The position numbers and the translations under genes are program-made. From Clostridia bacterium (GTDB lineage Bacteria; Bacillota; Clostridia; Oscillospirales; CAG-272), in the NCBI GenBank assembly GCA_017454525.1, contig JAFTCT010000100.1:4850-68849 (forward strand): a stretch of 64,000 nt of DNA, in the 5' to 3' direction. The notes under the pieces are model-generated. The model did no database searches, had not been told where the DNA came from, and saw only the letters and a program-made list of their open reading frames with translations. Shown piece by piece: positions 34,305 through 43,748 of this stretch (position 1 is its first letter; every line of letters starts with the position of its first letter).

Positions 34305-35435
34305 ATGAAAAAAGCCGCCGTATTCGCTCTCTGTCTTGCACTGCTTATCCAAACGCCTCTTTTTTTGTTTTATTCCGGCGCGGAGGTCCCGGTTTGCCCG
34401 GACGTGTACGCGGGATCCTACATTCTGGTGGAGAAAGACGATTTTCACGTCGTCTCCTCGTCAAACGAGCACGTCCGTCTGCCGGTCGCGAGCACGACGA
34501 AGATCATGACGGCGCTCGTCGCGCTGGAAAACGCCGATCCCGACGACGTGGCGACGGTCTCAAAAAACGCGGCGGCAACCGAGGGTTCCTCCGCATATCT
34601 GCGCGCCGGCGAACGCGTGAAGGTGAAGGATCTTCTGTACTTTCTGCTTCTGCAGTCGGCGAACGACGCCGCGACGGCGCTCGCCGAGCATACCGCCGGA
34701 AGCGTCGGGCGTTTTGCCGATCTGATGAACGAAAAGGCAAGACTTCTCGGAATGCGGGATACCCACTTTTCTAACCCGCACGGGTTGAGCGAAGCCGATC
34801 ATTATTCCTCCGCGTACGATCTTGCGCTGCTGACCGTTCACGCGCTCGCGGAGCCGTCGTTCAAGAAGATCGTTTCGACCGCGCGGTATACGTCGCAGGA
34901 AGGTGATACGCAGCGCACGTTCGTCAACCATAACCGGCTTTTATTCACGCTGAAAGGATGTATCGGCGTGAAGACCGGCTACACGCTCGAAGCGGGCAGA
35001 TGTCTTGTGAGCGCCTGCCGCAGCGGGCAGACGACCCTCGTCTGCGTCACCCTCAACTGCAAAAACGACTGGAGCGCCCATAAAGCGCTCTACGAATACG
35101 GCTTCTCCAAAGTCAAAAGGTGTACGCTCGGCGCCGAAGCGATCGATATCCCTCTTGTCGGCGCGCCGCAGAAGAGCGTCTGCTGTACGTACGACGGATG
35201 CTCCGCCCTGTCGGACCCGGAAGCGTCGCTGTGCGTCAGGATCGTATGTCCCCGCTTTCTCTTCCCTCCCCTCAAGGAGCATGAACCGGTCGGTTACGCC
35301 GTCTACCTCCTTGACGGAAAGGAAATCAAAAGAACGCCGATCGTCTGCGCCGAGCGCGTCGATCAGACGCCCGAAACGGGATGGACCCGCAGAGTGTTGT
35401 CTTTTCTGACGGCGCTCTTTCATAAAAACGAATAA
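34305..35435 (+). CDS. serine-type D-Ala-D-Ala carboxypeptidase (S11, DacB/DacF-like)
   Basis: Signal peptide; ASTTKIMT (SxxK), SAND (SxN) and KTGYT (KTG) boxes. Confidence 0.88.
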   Translation: MKKAAVFALCLALLIQTPLFLFYSGAEVPVCPDVYAGSYILVEKDDFHVVSSSNEHVRLPVASTTKIMTALVALENADPDDVATVSKNAAATEGSSAYLRAGERVKVKDLLYFLLLQSANDAATALAEHTAGSVGRFADLMNEKARLLGMRDTHFSNPHGLSEADHYSSAYDLALLTVHALAEPSFKKIVSTARYTSQEGDTQRTFVNHNRLLFTLKGCIGVKTGYTLEAGRCLVSACRSGQTTLVCVTLNCKNDWSAHKALYEYGFSKVKRCTLGAEAIDIPLVGAPQKSVCCTYDGCSALSDPEASLCVRIVCPRFLFPPLKEHEPVGYAVYLLDGKEIKRTPIVCAERVDQTPETGWTRRVLSFLTALFHKNE

Positions 35436-35471
35436 GAAAGGACCGCCGGTACGGCGGACCGGTACGACAGT

Positions 35472-36209
35472 ATGGAACAGATGAGGATCCAGAAGTATAT
35501 TTCCGAATGCGGACTGATGTCCAGACGCGCGGCGGAAGAGGAACTGCGCCTGGGCAACGTCACCGTCAACGGTAAGACCGCGCAGCTCGGCGACAAAGTG
35601 ACGCCCGGAAAAGACGAAGTGCGCGTCAGAAACAGAAAAGCCGTTATGCCGCGCGGCGAACACGTATACGTGATGCTCAACAAGCCGGAAGGATACGTCA
35701 CGACGCTCAACGACGAAAAGGGGCGCAAATGCGTGACGGACCTTCTGAAAGGACTGGAGCGGCGGGTCTATCCCGTCGGAAGACTGGACATGGCGTCCGA
35801 GGGACTGCTGCTCCTCACAGACGACGGCGAACTGACCAAACGGCTCACGCACCCGAGCCACACAATTCCGAAGATCTACAACGTCAAGGTGCGCGGCGAG
35901 ATCACGGACGAGCAGTACGTCAAACTGCTCTCCCCCATGGAGATCGACGGCTATACGATCAAGCCGGTCTACACCGAGGTCCTGTCCAGAAAAGAAGGCA
36001 GGACGCTTTTGCAGATGACGCTCTACGAGGGACGCAACCGTCAGATCCGGAAAATGTGCGAGCAGGTCGGGCTTGAGGTGCGCCATCTGAAACGGATCGC
36101 CGTGGGAGAACTCACGTTAGGCAGGCTGCGCAAGGGAGAATGGCGGTATCTGACGAAAGAACAGATCAACTACCTCAAGCGCGCGACGGGCATGGACAGG
36201 AAGGAGTAA
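35472..36209 (+). CDS. rluB: 23S rRNA pseudouridine synthase (RluB/RsuA family)
   Basis: N-terminal S4 domain (RIQKYISECGLMSRR), GRLD catalytic Asp motif, EGRNRQIRKM. Confidence 0.88.
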   Translation: MEQMRIQKYISECGLMSRRAAEEELRLGNVTVNGKTAQLGDKVTPGKDEVRVRNRKAVMPRGEHVYVMLNKPEGYVTTLNDEKGRKCVTDLLKGLERRVYPVGRLDMASEGLLLLTDDGELTKRLTHPSHTIPKIYNVKVRGEITDEQYVKLLSPMEIDGYTIKPVYTEVLSRKEGRTLLQMTLYEGRNRQIRKMCEQVGLEVRHLKRIAVGELTLGRLRKGEWRYLTKEQINYLKRATGMDRKE

Positions 36210-36212
36210 CGC

Positions 36213-36623
36213 ATGTTTGTGATCTCTCCGATCAATGACAAAGAAGAACAGAGAGCGCTGTGTGCGCGCATGGGCGCGGAGTATCATCCGGGCGATATGG
36301 CGTACCGCGTGACGATCGAAGGAAAAGAAGCGGGGATCGTCTCCTTTTTCATCAAAGGCAAGACCGGCAACCTCCGCTCTATCGACTTTCTTCCGGAATC
36401 GCGCGATTTCGAAGTCATGTTCATCGCGGGAAGGACCTGCATGGAATTCATGGATCGCGTCGGCGCAAACGAAGGGTATTACCTTTCGCCGGATCCGGAA
36501 AACGAACGGTTGACGAAAGCGCTTGGATACAGACGTCTTCCCGACGGAAGATGGTTTCTCGACACAACGGGATTCTTCGTCGATCACTGCGGGAGCGCGG
36601 CCAAGAACGAAGAGCGGAAATAA
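36213..36623 (+). CDS. hypothetical small protein (possibly GNAT-like)
   Basis: A 136-aa ORF beginning 4 nt after rluB. No clear motif. Confidence 0.4.
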   Translation: MFVISPINDKEEQRALCARMGAEYHPGDMAYRVTIEGKEAGIVSFFIKGKTGNLRSIDFLPESRDFEVMFIAGRTCMEFMDRVGANEGYYLSPDPENERLTKALGYRRLPDGRWFLDTTGFFVDHCGSAAKNEERK

Positions 36624-36648
36624 TACGTTTTGAAAGGACGTTGTTACT

Positions 36649-37323
36649 ATGTTCCGGATCATGGTCGTTGACGACGACAAACACACGCGGCAGTACATCA
36701 AAGCCGTTCTTGAAAACGAGCGCTACACCGTCTGCACGGCGGAAAACGGCAGCGACGCGCTGGAACGCCTCGATCACGAGTACGTCGATCTGATCGTACT
36801 GGACGTGATGATGCCTGTCATGGACGGATACGCGTTCACGAAATACCTGCGCGACGCCGGGAACGAGATCCCGATCCTGATGGTCTCGGCAAAGCAGATG
36901 CCCGCCGACCGTCACGAGGGCTTTCTTTCGGGAACGGACGATTACATCACTAAGCCGATCGATGAAAAAGAGATGCTGCTGCGCATCAAAGCCCTTCTCC
37001 GCCGCGCGAAGATCACAAGTGAAAGAAAGATCGAGATCGGCGCCGTCACGCTCGACTATGACAGTCTGACGGTAACGAAAAACGGCGAGACGACGATCCT
37101 CCCGCAGAAGGAATTTCTGCTGCTCTATAAACTCCTGTCCTTCCCCGGAAAGATCTTCACGAGAATGCAGATCATGGACGAGATCTGGGGGACCGACAGC
37201 GAAACCGGCTGGGAAACCGTCACGGTGCATATCGCGCGCCTGCGCAAGCGCTTTGAGGGCTGGGAAGAATTTGAGATCGTTTCCGTCAGAGGTCTCGGAT
37301 ACAAGGCGGTGAAGAAGGTTTGA
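36649..37323 (+). CDS. OmpR-family response regulator
   Basis: Receiver domain (DDD...DLIVLDVMMP, K in SAK) plus a winged-helix trans_reg_C domain (VTVHIARLRKR...RGLGYK). Confidence 0.9.
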   Translation: MFRIMVVDDDKHTRQYIKAVLENERYTVCTAENGSDALERLDHEYVDLIVLDVMMPVMDGYAFTKYLRDAGNEIPILMVSAKQMPADRHEGFLSGTDDYITKPIDEKEMLLRIKALLRRAKITSERKIEIGAVTLDYDSLTVTKNGETTILPQKEFLLLYKLLSFPGKIFTRMQIMDEIWGTDSETGWETVTVHIARLRKRFEGWEEFEIVSVRGLGYKAVKKV

Positions 37324-38435
37324 AGAAAAGAACGGTACAGGAAGCGGCGACCGGCCGCGTCGCCATACGTCATATCATCCGGCGTCAGAAAGAATCGAGA
37401 AAATCGCTCACCCTGCTCTTCGCGGGTCTGACCTATATTATTCTGCTGGCGATCGCCGCGGTCGTCGCGGGTCTGATCTATGCGCTCGCAGAAACCGGCG
37501 TTCTCGAGAAGTTGACGCAAAAACTCCTTGTCGGCGGTGCCGTCGCTCTGCTGACCGGCGTCAGTCTGGTCATCGGCGCGGGCATCACCTATTTTTTAGG
37601 CAGAATGATGATGAAGCCGATGAATCACATCATCAACACCATGAACGCGCTCGCGTCGGGCAATTTTAAGGCGCGTCTGAAACTGAAAGGTCCGCTCGCG
37701 TCGCATCCGACCGTCAGAGAAGTGACGGACAGTTTCAACGATATGGCGGCGGAACTTGAACACACGGAGATCCTCCGCACCGATTTCGTCAACGATTTTT
37801 CACACGAATTCAAAACGCCGATCGTGTCGATCGCGGGCTTTGCGAAACTGCTCAAGCGCAGCGATCTGTCAGAGGAGCAAAAAGCAGAGTATACCGATAT
37901 CATCGTGGAAGAATCGATGCGGCTCTCGTCGCTTGCGACGAGTGTTCTCAACCTTTCAAAGATCGAAAACCAGACGATCCTGACAGGTCAGACGGAGTTC
38001 AACCTCGCCGAGCAGATCCGCGGATGCATCCTGCTGTTTGAAGAAAAATGGACCTTAAAGGAGCTGGAACTCGATCTTTCCTTTGACGAAATACGCGTCG
38101 AGGCAAACGAAGAACTGCTCAAGCAGGTGTGGATCAATCTGCTCGACAACGCCGTGAAATTCGCCGACGCGCACGGGACTGTCGGCGTTTCCCTTCACCG
38201 CGACGGCGATACGGCGTGCGTTGCCGTCTCCAATACCGGCAGCACAATCCCCGAGGAAGAGCGCGAGCGCATATTCGGGAAATTCTATCAGATCGACCGT
38301 TCCAGATCGTCCTCGGGATACGGCGTCGGACTTGCGCTGGTAAAGAAGATCGTTGTGCTGCACGGCGGGACCGTGAGCGCGTCAAGCGATGATACGAAGA
38401 CGACTTTCACCGTGCTTCTCCCCGTCAGGCACTGA
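37320..38435 (+). CDS. sensor histidine kinase (two TM helices with a very short external loop, HAMP, HisKA, HATPase_c)
   Basis: H-box FSHEFKTPI, N-box LLDNAVKF, G-boxes GYGVGLA. The TTG start overlaps the regulator stop. Confidence 0.88.
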   Translation: MKKRTVQEAATGRVAIRHIIRRQKESRKSLTLLFAGLTYIILLAIAAVVAGLIYALAETGVLEKLTQKLLVGGAVALLTGVSLVIGAGITYFLGRMMMKPMNHIINTMNALASGNFKARLKLKGPLASHPTVREVTDSFNDMAAELEHTEILRTDFVNDFSHEFKTPIVSIAGFAKLLKRSDLSEEQKAEYTDIIVEESMRLSSLATSVLNLSKIENQTILTGQTEFNLAEQIRGCILLFEEKWTLKELELDLSFDEIRVEANEELLKQVWINLLDNAVKFADAHGTVGVSLHRDGDTACVAVSNTGSTIPEEERERIFGKFYQIDRSRSSSGYGVGLALVKKIVVLHGGTVSASSDDTKTTFTVLLPVRH

Positions 38436-38465
38436 CCGGAAGATGTTTCTTTTCAGTTAATAAAT

Positions 38466-38481
38466 CTGTAATATATTACAG
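38466..38481. promoter_or_regulatory. perfect 16-bp palindrome (candidate operator) upstream of degV-plsY
   Basis: CTGTAATATATTACAG, ending 32 nt upstream of the degV ATG. Confidence 0.45.
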
Positions 38482-38512
38482 CGAAAGTTTAATTGACCGA
38501 AGGGAAACATCT

Positions 38513-39409
38513 ATGAAAACAGTTCAGATCATTACAGATTCCTGCTCCGATCTTACGCCCGAACTGATGGGGCGCTACGGGATCGACTATGCAAAAATGA
38601 ATACCGTCTATCAGGGCAAGGAAGCGCCCGCGGACCTTTCCTGGACGCCGGAAAGCGTACGTGAACTCTACGGGATCATGAGAAACGGCGGCCGCGTGAC
38701 CACGACGCAGGTCCCCGCGGGAGAATTTGAGCGCATTTTCAGAGAATACGCCGCCAAGGATCGCGATATCGTCTATATCAGCTGCTCCGAAAAGCAGTCC
38801 GGGTCGATCAATACCGCCCGCCTTGTCGCGCAGGATCTTCAAAAGGAATTCCCCGGGACAAAGATCCTGTGCGTCGATTCAAAGCACGCAAGTCTCGGCG
38901 AAGGCGTTCTGGCGATCGAGGCGGCGAAATACGCCGCCGACGGCAAAAGCGCCGAGCAGACCGTCGCGTTCACAGAGGAAAAGAGAAAGTATCTTCATCA
39001 GTTCTGCACCGTTCATTCCCTCGACGCCCTGAAACGCGCCGGCAGAGTCAAGGCGACGTCCGCCTTTTTCGGCAATCTTCTGGGCGTGAAGCCGATCCTT
39101 GTCGCGGACGCCGACGGCGTTCAGGCGGCTTACAAAAAGTCGAAAGGCCGTCTCGGATCGCTGGAAGAGATCGTCAGTCTTCTGAAGGAACATATCGTCG
39201 ACCCCGAAAATCAGACGGTATACCTCGCGCATTCGGACTGCGATCCGGCGGAGGTGAAAACCGTCAAGGAACTCATCCTGAAGAGTATTCCCTGCCGCGA
39301 ACTGTTCGTCGGATATATCGGCCCGATCATCGGCGCGTCGATCGGTCCCGACGCCTTTGCGCTTTTCGGCTTCGGCGACGAGATCACCTTCAGAGCGTCT
39401 GAAGACTGA
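38513..39409 (+). CDS. DegV-family fatty-acid-binding protein (FakB-like)
   Basis: ITDS.SDL N-terminus, TTQ(V)P, SGS.N.A and VAH....P motifs, ~298 aa. Confidence 0.88.
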   Translation: MKTVQIITDSCSDLTPELMGRYGIDYAKMNTVYQGKEAPADLSWTPESVRELYGIMRNGGRVTTTQVPAGEFERIFREYAAKDRDIVYISCSEKQSGSINTARLVAQDLQKEFPGTKILCVDSKHASLGEGVLAIEAAKYAADGKSAEQTVAFTEEKRKYLHQFCTVHSLDALKRAGRVKATSAFFGNLLGVKPILVADADGVQAAYKKSKGRLGSLEEIVSLLKEHIVDPENQTVYLAHSDCDPAEVKTVKELILKSIPCRELFVGYIGPIIGASIGPDAFALFGFGDEITFRASED

Positions 39410-39424
39410 AAGCGGTGGATAAAA

Positions 39425-40051
39425 ATGAAGGTCACGGTACTGATCCTCGCTGCGGTGTGCAGTTATCTTCTGTCCGGCGTCAATCTTTCGATCATCCTGT
39501 CGAACGCGATCTATCATACCGATATCCGTGAGGTAGGCAGCAAAAATCCGGGCTTCACGAATTTCAAAAGATCGTTCGGCGGGAAATATGCGTGGCTGGT
39601 CATGGCGTTCGATCTTCTGAAAGCCGCGCTCCCCTGCGTTCTCTTCGGATTTGCTTTTGAAGCGTGCGGTATGGACCGGCAGTTCGGAACGGCGTACGCC
39701 GGCGCGTTTTCTATGCTCGGACACGCGTTCCCCGTGTATTACCGGTTCAAGGGCGGCAAGGGCTTTTTGGTGTGTCTCGCCGCCGTCTGGGCGCTGGATT
39801 GGCGTTCGGGCGCCATCGCCGCGGCGCTGCTCGTCGTCCTGCTGCTCACCGTGAAATACATGTCGCTGTCAACGATGTGCGCTCTGACCGCGGGCGCGGT
39901 CTCGCTGTATTTCTTTTCCTGCGATCTTGCCGCGGCGCTCCTCTATTCGGCGTGCGTTCTCTTTATGATCTTCAGACATAAGGAAAACATCAAACGGCTC
40001 GTCAAAGGGACCGAGAGCAAATTCATCCTTTTCAGGAAAAAATCTGAATGA
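39425..40051 (+). CDS. plsY: acyl-phosphate:glycerol-3-phosphate acyltransferase
   Basis: GSKNPGFTN and F.GGKG motifs, multi-TM, ~208 aa. Confidence 0.9.
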   Translation: MKVTVLILAAVCSYLLSGVNLSIILSNAIYHTDIREVGSKNPGFTNFKRSFGGKYAWLVMAFDLLKAALPCVLFGFAFEACGMDRQFGTAYAGAFSMLGHAFPVYYRFKGGKGFLVCLAAVWALDWRSGAIAAALLVVLLLTVKYMSLSTMCALTAGAVSLYFFSCDLAAALLYSACVLFMIFRHKENIKRLVKGTESKFILFRKKSE

Positions 40052-40059
40052 TCTTCCAC

Positions 40060-40099
40060 GGACTGCTTCGCCGATCTCCGGATGAAGCAGTCCTTTTTT
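40060..40099 (+). terminator. rho-independent terminator after plsY
   Basis: ggactgcttc / gaagcagtcc 10-bp stem, 14-nt loop, T6. Confidence 0.8.
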
Positions 40100-40110
40100 A
40101 TAAATTGCCC

Positions 40111-40139
40111 TTTACTTTTCGGTTTTGTTGTTGTATAAT
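40111..40139 (+). promoter_or_regulatory. sigma-A-type promoter of the DUF5685/J-protein operon
   Basis: TTTACT - 17 nt - TATAAT. Confidence 0.45.
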
Positions 40140-40175
40140 GGATAAAGAGAAGTTTGTATGGATGAAGGGTGTACG

Positions 40176-41027
40176 ATGTTCGGTTATATCAAGGCGGACG
40201 TGCCGGATTTGAAAGTCAGGGAAAACGAACTGTATAAAGCGGTTTACTGCGGACTCTGCCGCACGCAGCGAAAATACACCGGCTGGCTCTCCTCCCTGTT
40301 TTTGTCCTACGATTTCGTGTTTCTGTATTTTCTGCGCGCGGAAGCGAACGGAGAAGAAACGAAGTTCAGAACTGCAAGACCGACGCCGTTTCATCCGAAT
40401 AGGCGCAATATCGCCCTGACCAACGGCGAACTCATCTACTGTGCGTGTGCCGCGGCACTTCTTGAATACTACAAGATCAAGGACGATCTGTGCGACGAAA
40501 AAAAGATGAAACGCTTTGCCGCGCGGCTTCTTCTTCCCGTCGTTCGTCACGGGATGAAAAAAGCAAAAAAACATTTGTCGCTGCCGGAAGACGAACTAAA
40601 GGATCAATTAGAGGCGCAGGCGGCGCTCGAAAAAGACGGAAACGCGGGACCGGAGCCGTCGGGCGGTCCGTCGGGCGAGATCTTCGGTCTGTTTGCCTCC
40701 TACGGTATAAACGACGGGCTGAAAGCCTTCGCGCTTCAGAATATCGGAAGGCAGATCGGCGGCTGGCTGTATCTGACAGACGCGGCGGACGATCTTGAAA
40801 AGGACCGGAAAAACGGCGCCTTCAACCCCTTTTTGAAAGAAGATTTGCGAAAAGACGATCTCTTGGCGGCGCTGGACAACCACTGTGAGCAGGCGGAACT
40901 GATGCTGCGCCGTCTGCCCGTATACGACGCCGGATACCGCGCGATCCTCATGAATATCATGACGCGCGGTCTGCACAACGAAGCGCAGCGCGTGATTTAC
41001 AAGGAGAAGAATACGACCGATGTCTGA
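40176..41027 (+). CDS. DUF5685-family protein
   Basis: N-terminal [29 protein letters not shown] signature. The start is taken at MFGY, behind a GAAGGG RBS. Confidence 0.65.
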   Translation: MFGYIKADVPDLKVRENELYKAVYCGLCRTQRKYTGWLSSLFLSYDFVFLYFLRAEANGEETKFRTARPTPFHPNRRNIALTNGELIYCACAAALLEYYKIKDDLCDEKKMKRFAARLLLPVVRHGMKKAKKHLSLPEDELKDQLEAQAALEKDGNAGPEPSGGPSGEIFGLFASYGINDGLKAFALQNIGRQIGGWLYLTDAADDLEKDRKNGAFNPFLKEDLRKDDLLAALDNHCEQAELMLRRLPVYDAGYRAILMNIMTRGLHNEAQRVIYKEKNTTDV

Positions 41028-41640
41028 TTCCTACAAGGACCCCTACAAGATCCTCGGCGTGTCGCGGGACGCGACCGACGAAGAGATCAAGAAAGCATAC
41101 CGCGAAATGGTAAAGAAATACCATCCGGACAACTATGCCAACACGCCGATGGCGGAACTTGCCGAAGAAAAAATGAAGGAGATCAATCAGGCGTACGATC
41201 TGATCAAGCAGGCCCGGTCCGGAAAACAGTCGGACAGCCGTACCGATACGGAGGGGTCTTATGACACGCGCAAACTCTATGACACGGTCAGGAGAAAGAT
41301 CAACGAAGGCGATATCGAAGGCGCGGACCGTCTTCTGGAATTGATCTCCGCCACGGACAGAGGCGCGGAATGGAACTTCTTGAAAGGATGCGTCTGTCTG
41401 CGGCGCGGCTACTATTATGACGCGCAGAAGTATTTTGAGACCGCCTGCTATATGGATCCGGCGAACGCCGACTACCGCGCCGCGCTCAACAACATCAGAT
41501 CCGCTCATCAAAGGCAGAACGAACGCTCCTTTGCCGATACGCAGAAAAGCGGCGATACGGCGATGAACTGCTGCGAGAGTCTGCTCTGCGCGAACTGCTG
41601 CTGCAGTTGTCTGGGCGGCGATCTCTTCAGGTGCTGCTGA
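41020..41640 (+). CDS. J-domain protein with TPR-like middle region and a C-terminal cysteine string
   Basis: J domain: DPYKILGV...[12 protein letters not shown]-terminus [23 protein letters not shown] has 9 Cys in the last 23 residues. Overlaps the upstream gene by 8 nt. Confidence 0.8.
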   Translation: MSDSYKDPYKILGVSRDATDEEIKKAYREMVKKYHPDNYANTPMAELAEEKMKEINQAYDLIKQARSGKQSDSRTDTEGSYDTRKLYDTVRRKINEGDIEGADRLLELISATDRGAEWNFLKGCVCLRRGYYYDAQKYFETACYMDPANADYRAALNNIRSAHQRQNERSFADTQKSGDTAMNCCESLLCANCCCSCLGGDLFRCC

Positions 41641-41641
41641 T

Positions 41642-42310
41642 ATGCCCGACAGAAGAAAGAAAACCGGATACAGCGCGGCAAAGATCGCGCGCGGCGCCGT
41701 GATCACGGCGCTCTGCGCGGCGCTGCTCCTGCTGTCATATCCTTTTGAATCGCTCGACTTCGTCGTCGCGACGCTCGCGGCTATGCTCGTCTGGATCATC
41801 CGGCTGGAATACGGGAGCGGCTTTTCCCTGCTGGTCTACGTTGCCGCGTCGCTGCTCTCCTTCATTCTCGCGCCGGGAGCGACGGGCGTTGTGTGCTTCG
41901 GCATCATATTCGGATGGTATCCCGTCGTGAAGGTGATCATCGAACGCCACGTTCCGAAAAAGCTTTTGCAGATGCTGATCAAGGTGCTCATAGTCACCGT
42001 GGCGTTCGCTCTGATGCTTTCGGTCTTCTTCAACGTTTTTATCGGTGAAATGACTTTCGAAAGCTTTGCGGAAGAGCTCTCCTCCTTCTTCTCTCTTGAC
42101 GCCGCATACGCCGGCTGGCTTGAAGAACAGGGACTGTTCGGACTCAACCGGCTGCAGTGGCTGATGATTTCCGCCTATCTCATACTCGCTCCGCTGATGG
42201 CGCTCATATTCGATCTGCTTCTCACCAAATTCGCGATCGTGTATATGTACAGGATCCGACCGCTTCTCGTGAAGGCGCACGTTTTCGGCGATAAAGCGGG
42301 CAAATACTGA
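41642..42310 (+). CDS. hypothetical polytopic membrane protein
   Basis: Starts 2 nt after the J-protein stop. Five to six hydrophobic helices. No motif recognised. Confidence 0.5.
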   Translation: MPDRRKKTGYSAAKIARGAVITALCAALLLLSYPFESLDFVVATLAAMLVWIIRLEYGSGFSLLVYVAASLLSFILAPGATGVVCFGIIFGWYPVVKVIIERHVPKKLLQMLIKVLIVTVAFALMLSVFFNVFIGEMTFESFAEELSSFFSLDAAYAGWLEEQGLFGLNRLQWLMISAYLILAPLMALIFDLLLTKFAIVYMYRIRPLLVKAHVFGDKAGKY

Positions 42311-42347
42311 TACACTCATCTTTCTGAAAGGAACATACTTTATTATT

Positions 42348-43613
42348 ATGAACGTCCCCTTGTTGTCGGCAATGGTGGTGCTCGTCCTGTTTTCGGGTTT
42401 CTTTTCCGCTTCCGAAACCGCGTTCAGCACGGCAAACAGAACGAAACTGAAAACGCTCGCAGGCGACCGGAACGCGCGCGCAAGAAAAGTGCTGAAACTG
42501 ATCGACAGTTATCCGCGCCTTCTGTCCACGATCCTCGTTCTCAATAACCTGGTGAATATCACGCTCTCCGCCATTGCCACGCTCTTTTTCATCGAACTCA
42601 TTGAAAACACCTCCGTCGCGACCGTCGTTTCCACCGCCGTCACGACTGTCGCGGTCCTGATCTTCGGCGAAGTATCGCCGAAAACGCTCGCAAAGGAAAT
42701 GCCCGAGCGATTCGCCATGTTCTCCTGCGGGATCATGAACGCGCTTTGCTTCCTCTTGACGCCCGTCAACTTCGTTTTTGAACGGTGGAACAGGCTCCTT
42801 CTGAAGATTTTCCGTATCAAAAAGGACGAGACCGTTACCGAGGAAGACCTCATCACGATCGTCACCGAAGCCGAAAACGTCGGCGGGATCGACGAAGACG
42901 AAGGACAGATCATCCGCTCCGCGATCGAATTCAACGATCTGTCCGTCGAAGACATCCTGACGCCCCGCGTGGACGTTGTCGCGGTCAGCATCAACGATAC
43001 GCCCGACAAAATCAGAAGAGCGTTCAGGAGCAGCGGCTTTTCCCGTCTGCCCGTCTATAAAGGCACCGTAGATAACGTCATCGGGGTGATCAATCAAAAG
43101 GACTTCTACGAAAACGTTCTTTTGGAACACAAAAAACTCGCAACGATCATCACTTCCCCGAAAATGGTTACGCCTTACATGAAGATCTCCGATCTGATGA
43201 AGCTTCTGCAGTCAAGCAAATCGCACATGGCGATCGTCCTCGACGAATACAGCGGTATGCTCGGCGTCATCACGCTCGAAGACATTCTGGAAGAACTTGT
43301 GGGAGATATCTGGGACGAGCACGATAAAGTGAGCGAGGAGATCACCGAGCTTTCGGAGAATTGCTACAAAATCGACGGCACGCTCTCGAGCGTAAAGCTG
43401 CTCTCTCTGTCCGATACCGTTCTGACCGAGGAAGAAGAGGAAGAACTTCCCGCGACGGCGGCAGGAATCGTCATGCGTGAAAAAGAGTCCATTCCGGAGA
43501 TCGGGGAAAAGATCGTTTATAAAAACCTGCTCTTCGAGATCCTCGACGCAGACAGCGCGCACATCGAAACGCTCAAGGTCACCGTTCTGCCGGAGAATGA
43601 AGAACAGGAATGA
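42348..43613 (+). CDS. HlyC/CorC-family (CNNM) transporter: DUF21 membrane domain, CBS pair, CorC_HlyC domain
   Basis: FFSASETAF DUF21 signature, tandem CBS region (TPR.D......), C-terminal transporter-associated domain. Confidence 0.85.
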   Translation: MNVPLLSAMVVLVLFSGFFSASETAFSTANRTKLKTLAGDRNARARKVLKLIDSYPRLLSTILVLNNLVNITLSAIATLFFIELIENTSVATVVSTAVTTVAVLIFGEVSPKTLAKEMPERFAMFSCGIMNALCFLLTPVNFVFERWNRLLLKIFRIKKDETVTEEDLITIVTEAENVGGIDEDEGQIIRSAIEFNDLSVEDILTPRVDVVAVSINDTPDKIRRAFRSSGFSRLPVYKGTVDNVIGVINQKDFYENVLLEHKKLATIITSPKMVTPYMKISDLMKLLQSSKSHMAIVLDEYSGMLGVITLEDILEELVGDIWDEHDKVSEEITELSENCYKIDGTLSSVKLLSLSDTVLTEEEEEELPATAAGIVMREKESIPEIGEKIVYKNLLFEILDADSAHIETLKVTVLPENEEQE

Positions 43614-43676
43614 TCATCGGACCGGTACCCGCAGCGGAGATTACCGTTCCTATACAAATGTGAAACAACGCCGAAT

Positions 43677-43733
43677 AACACATCGGGGGCACTCCGCGTC
43701 AACGCCGCGGGATGCCCCCGATGTGTTCTTTTC
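43677..43733. terminator. bidirectional terminator between the CorC-type transporter gene and nagA
   Basis: aacacatcgggggca / tgcccccgatgtgtt 15-bp stem followed by cttttc. Confidence 0.75.
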
Positions 43734-43748
43734 AGGTTCGTGCGCAAT

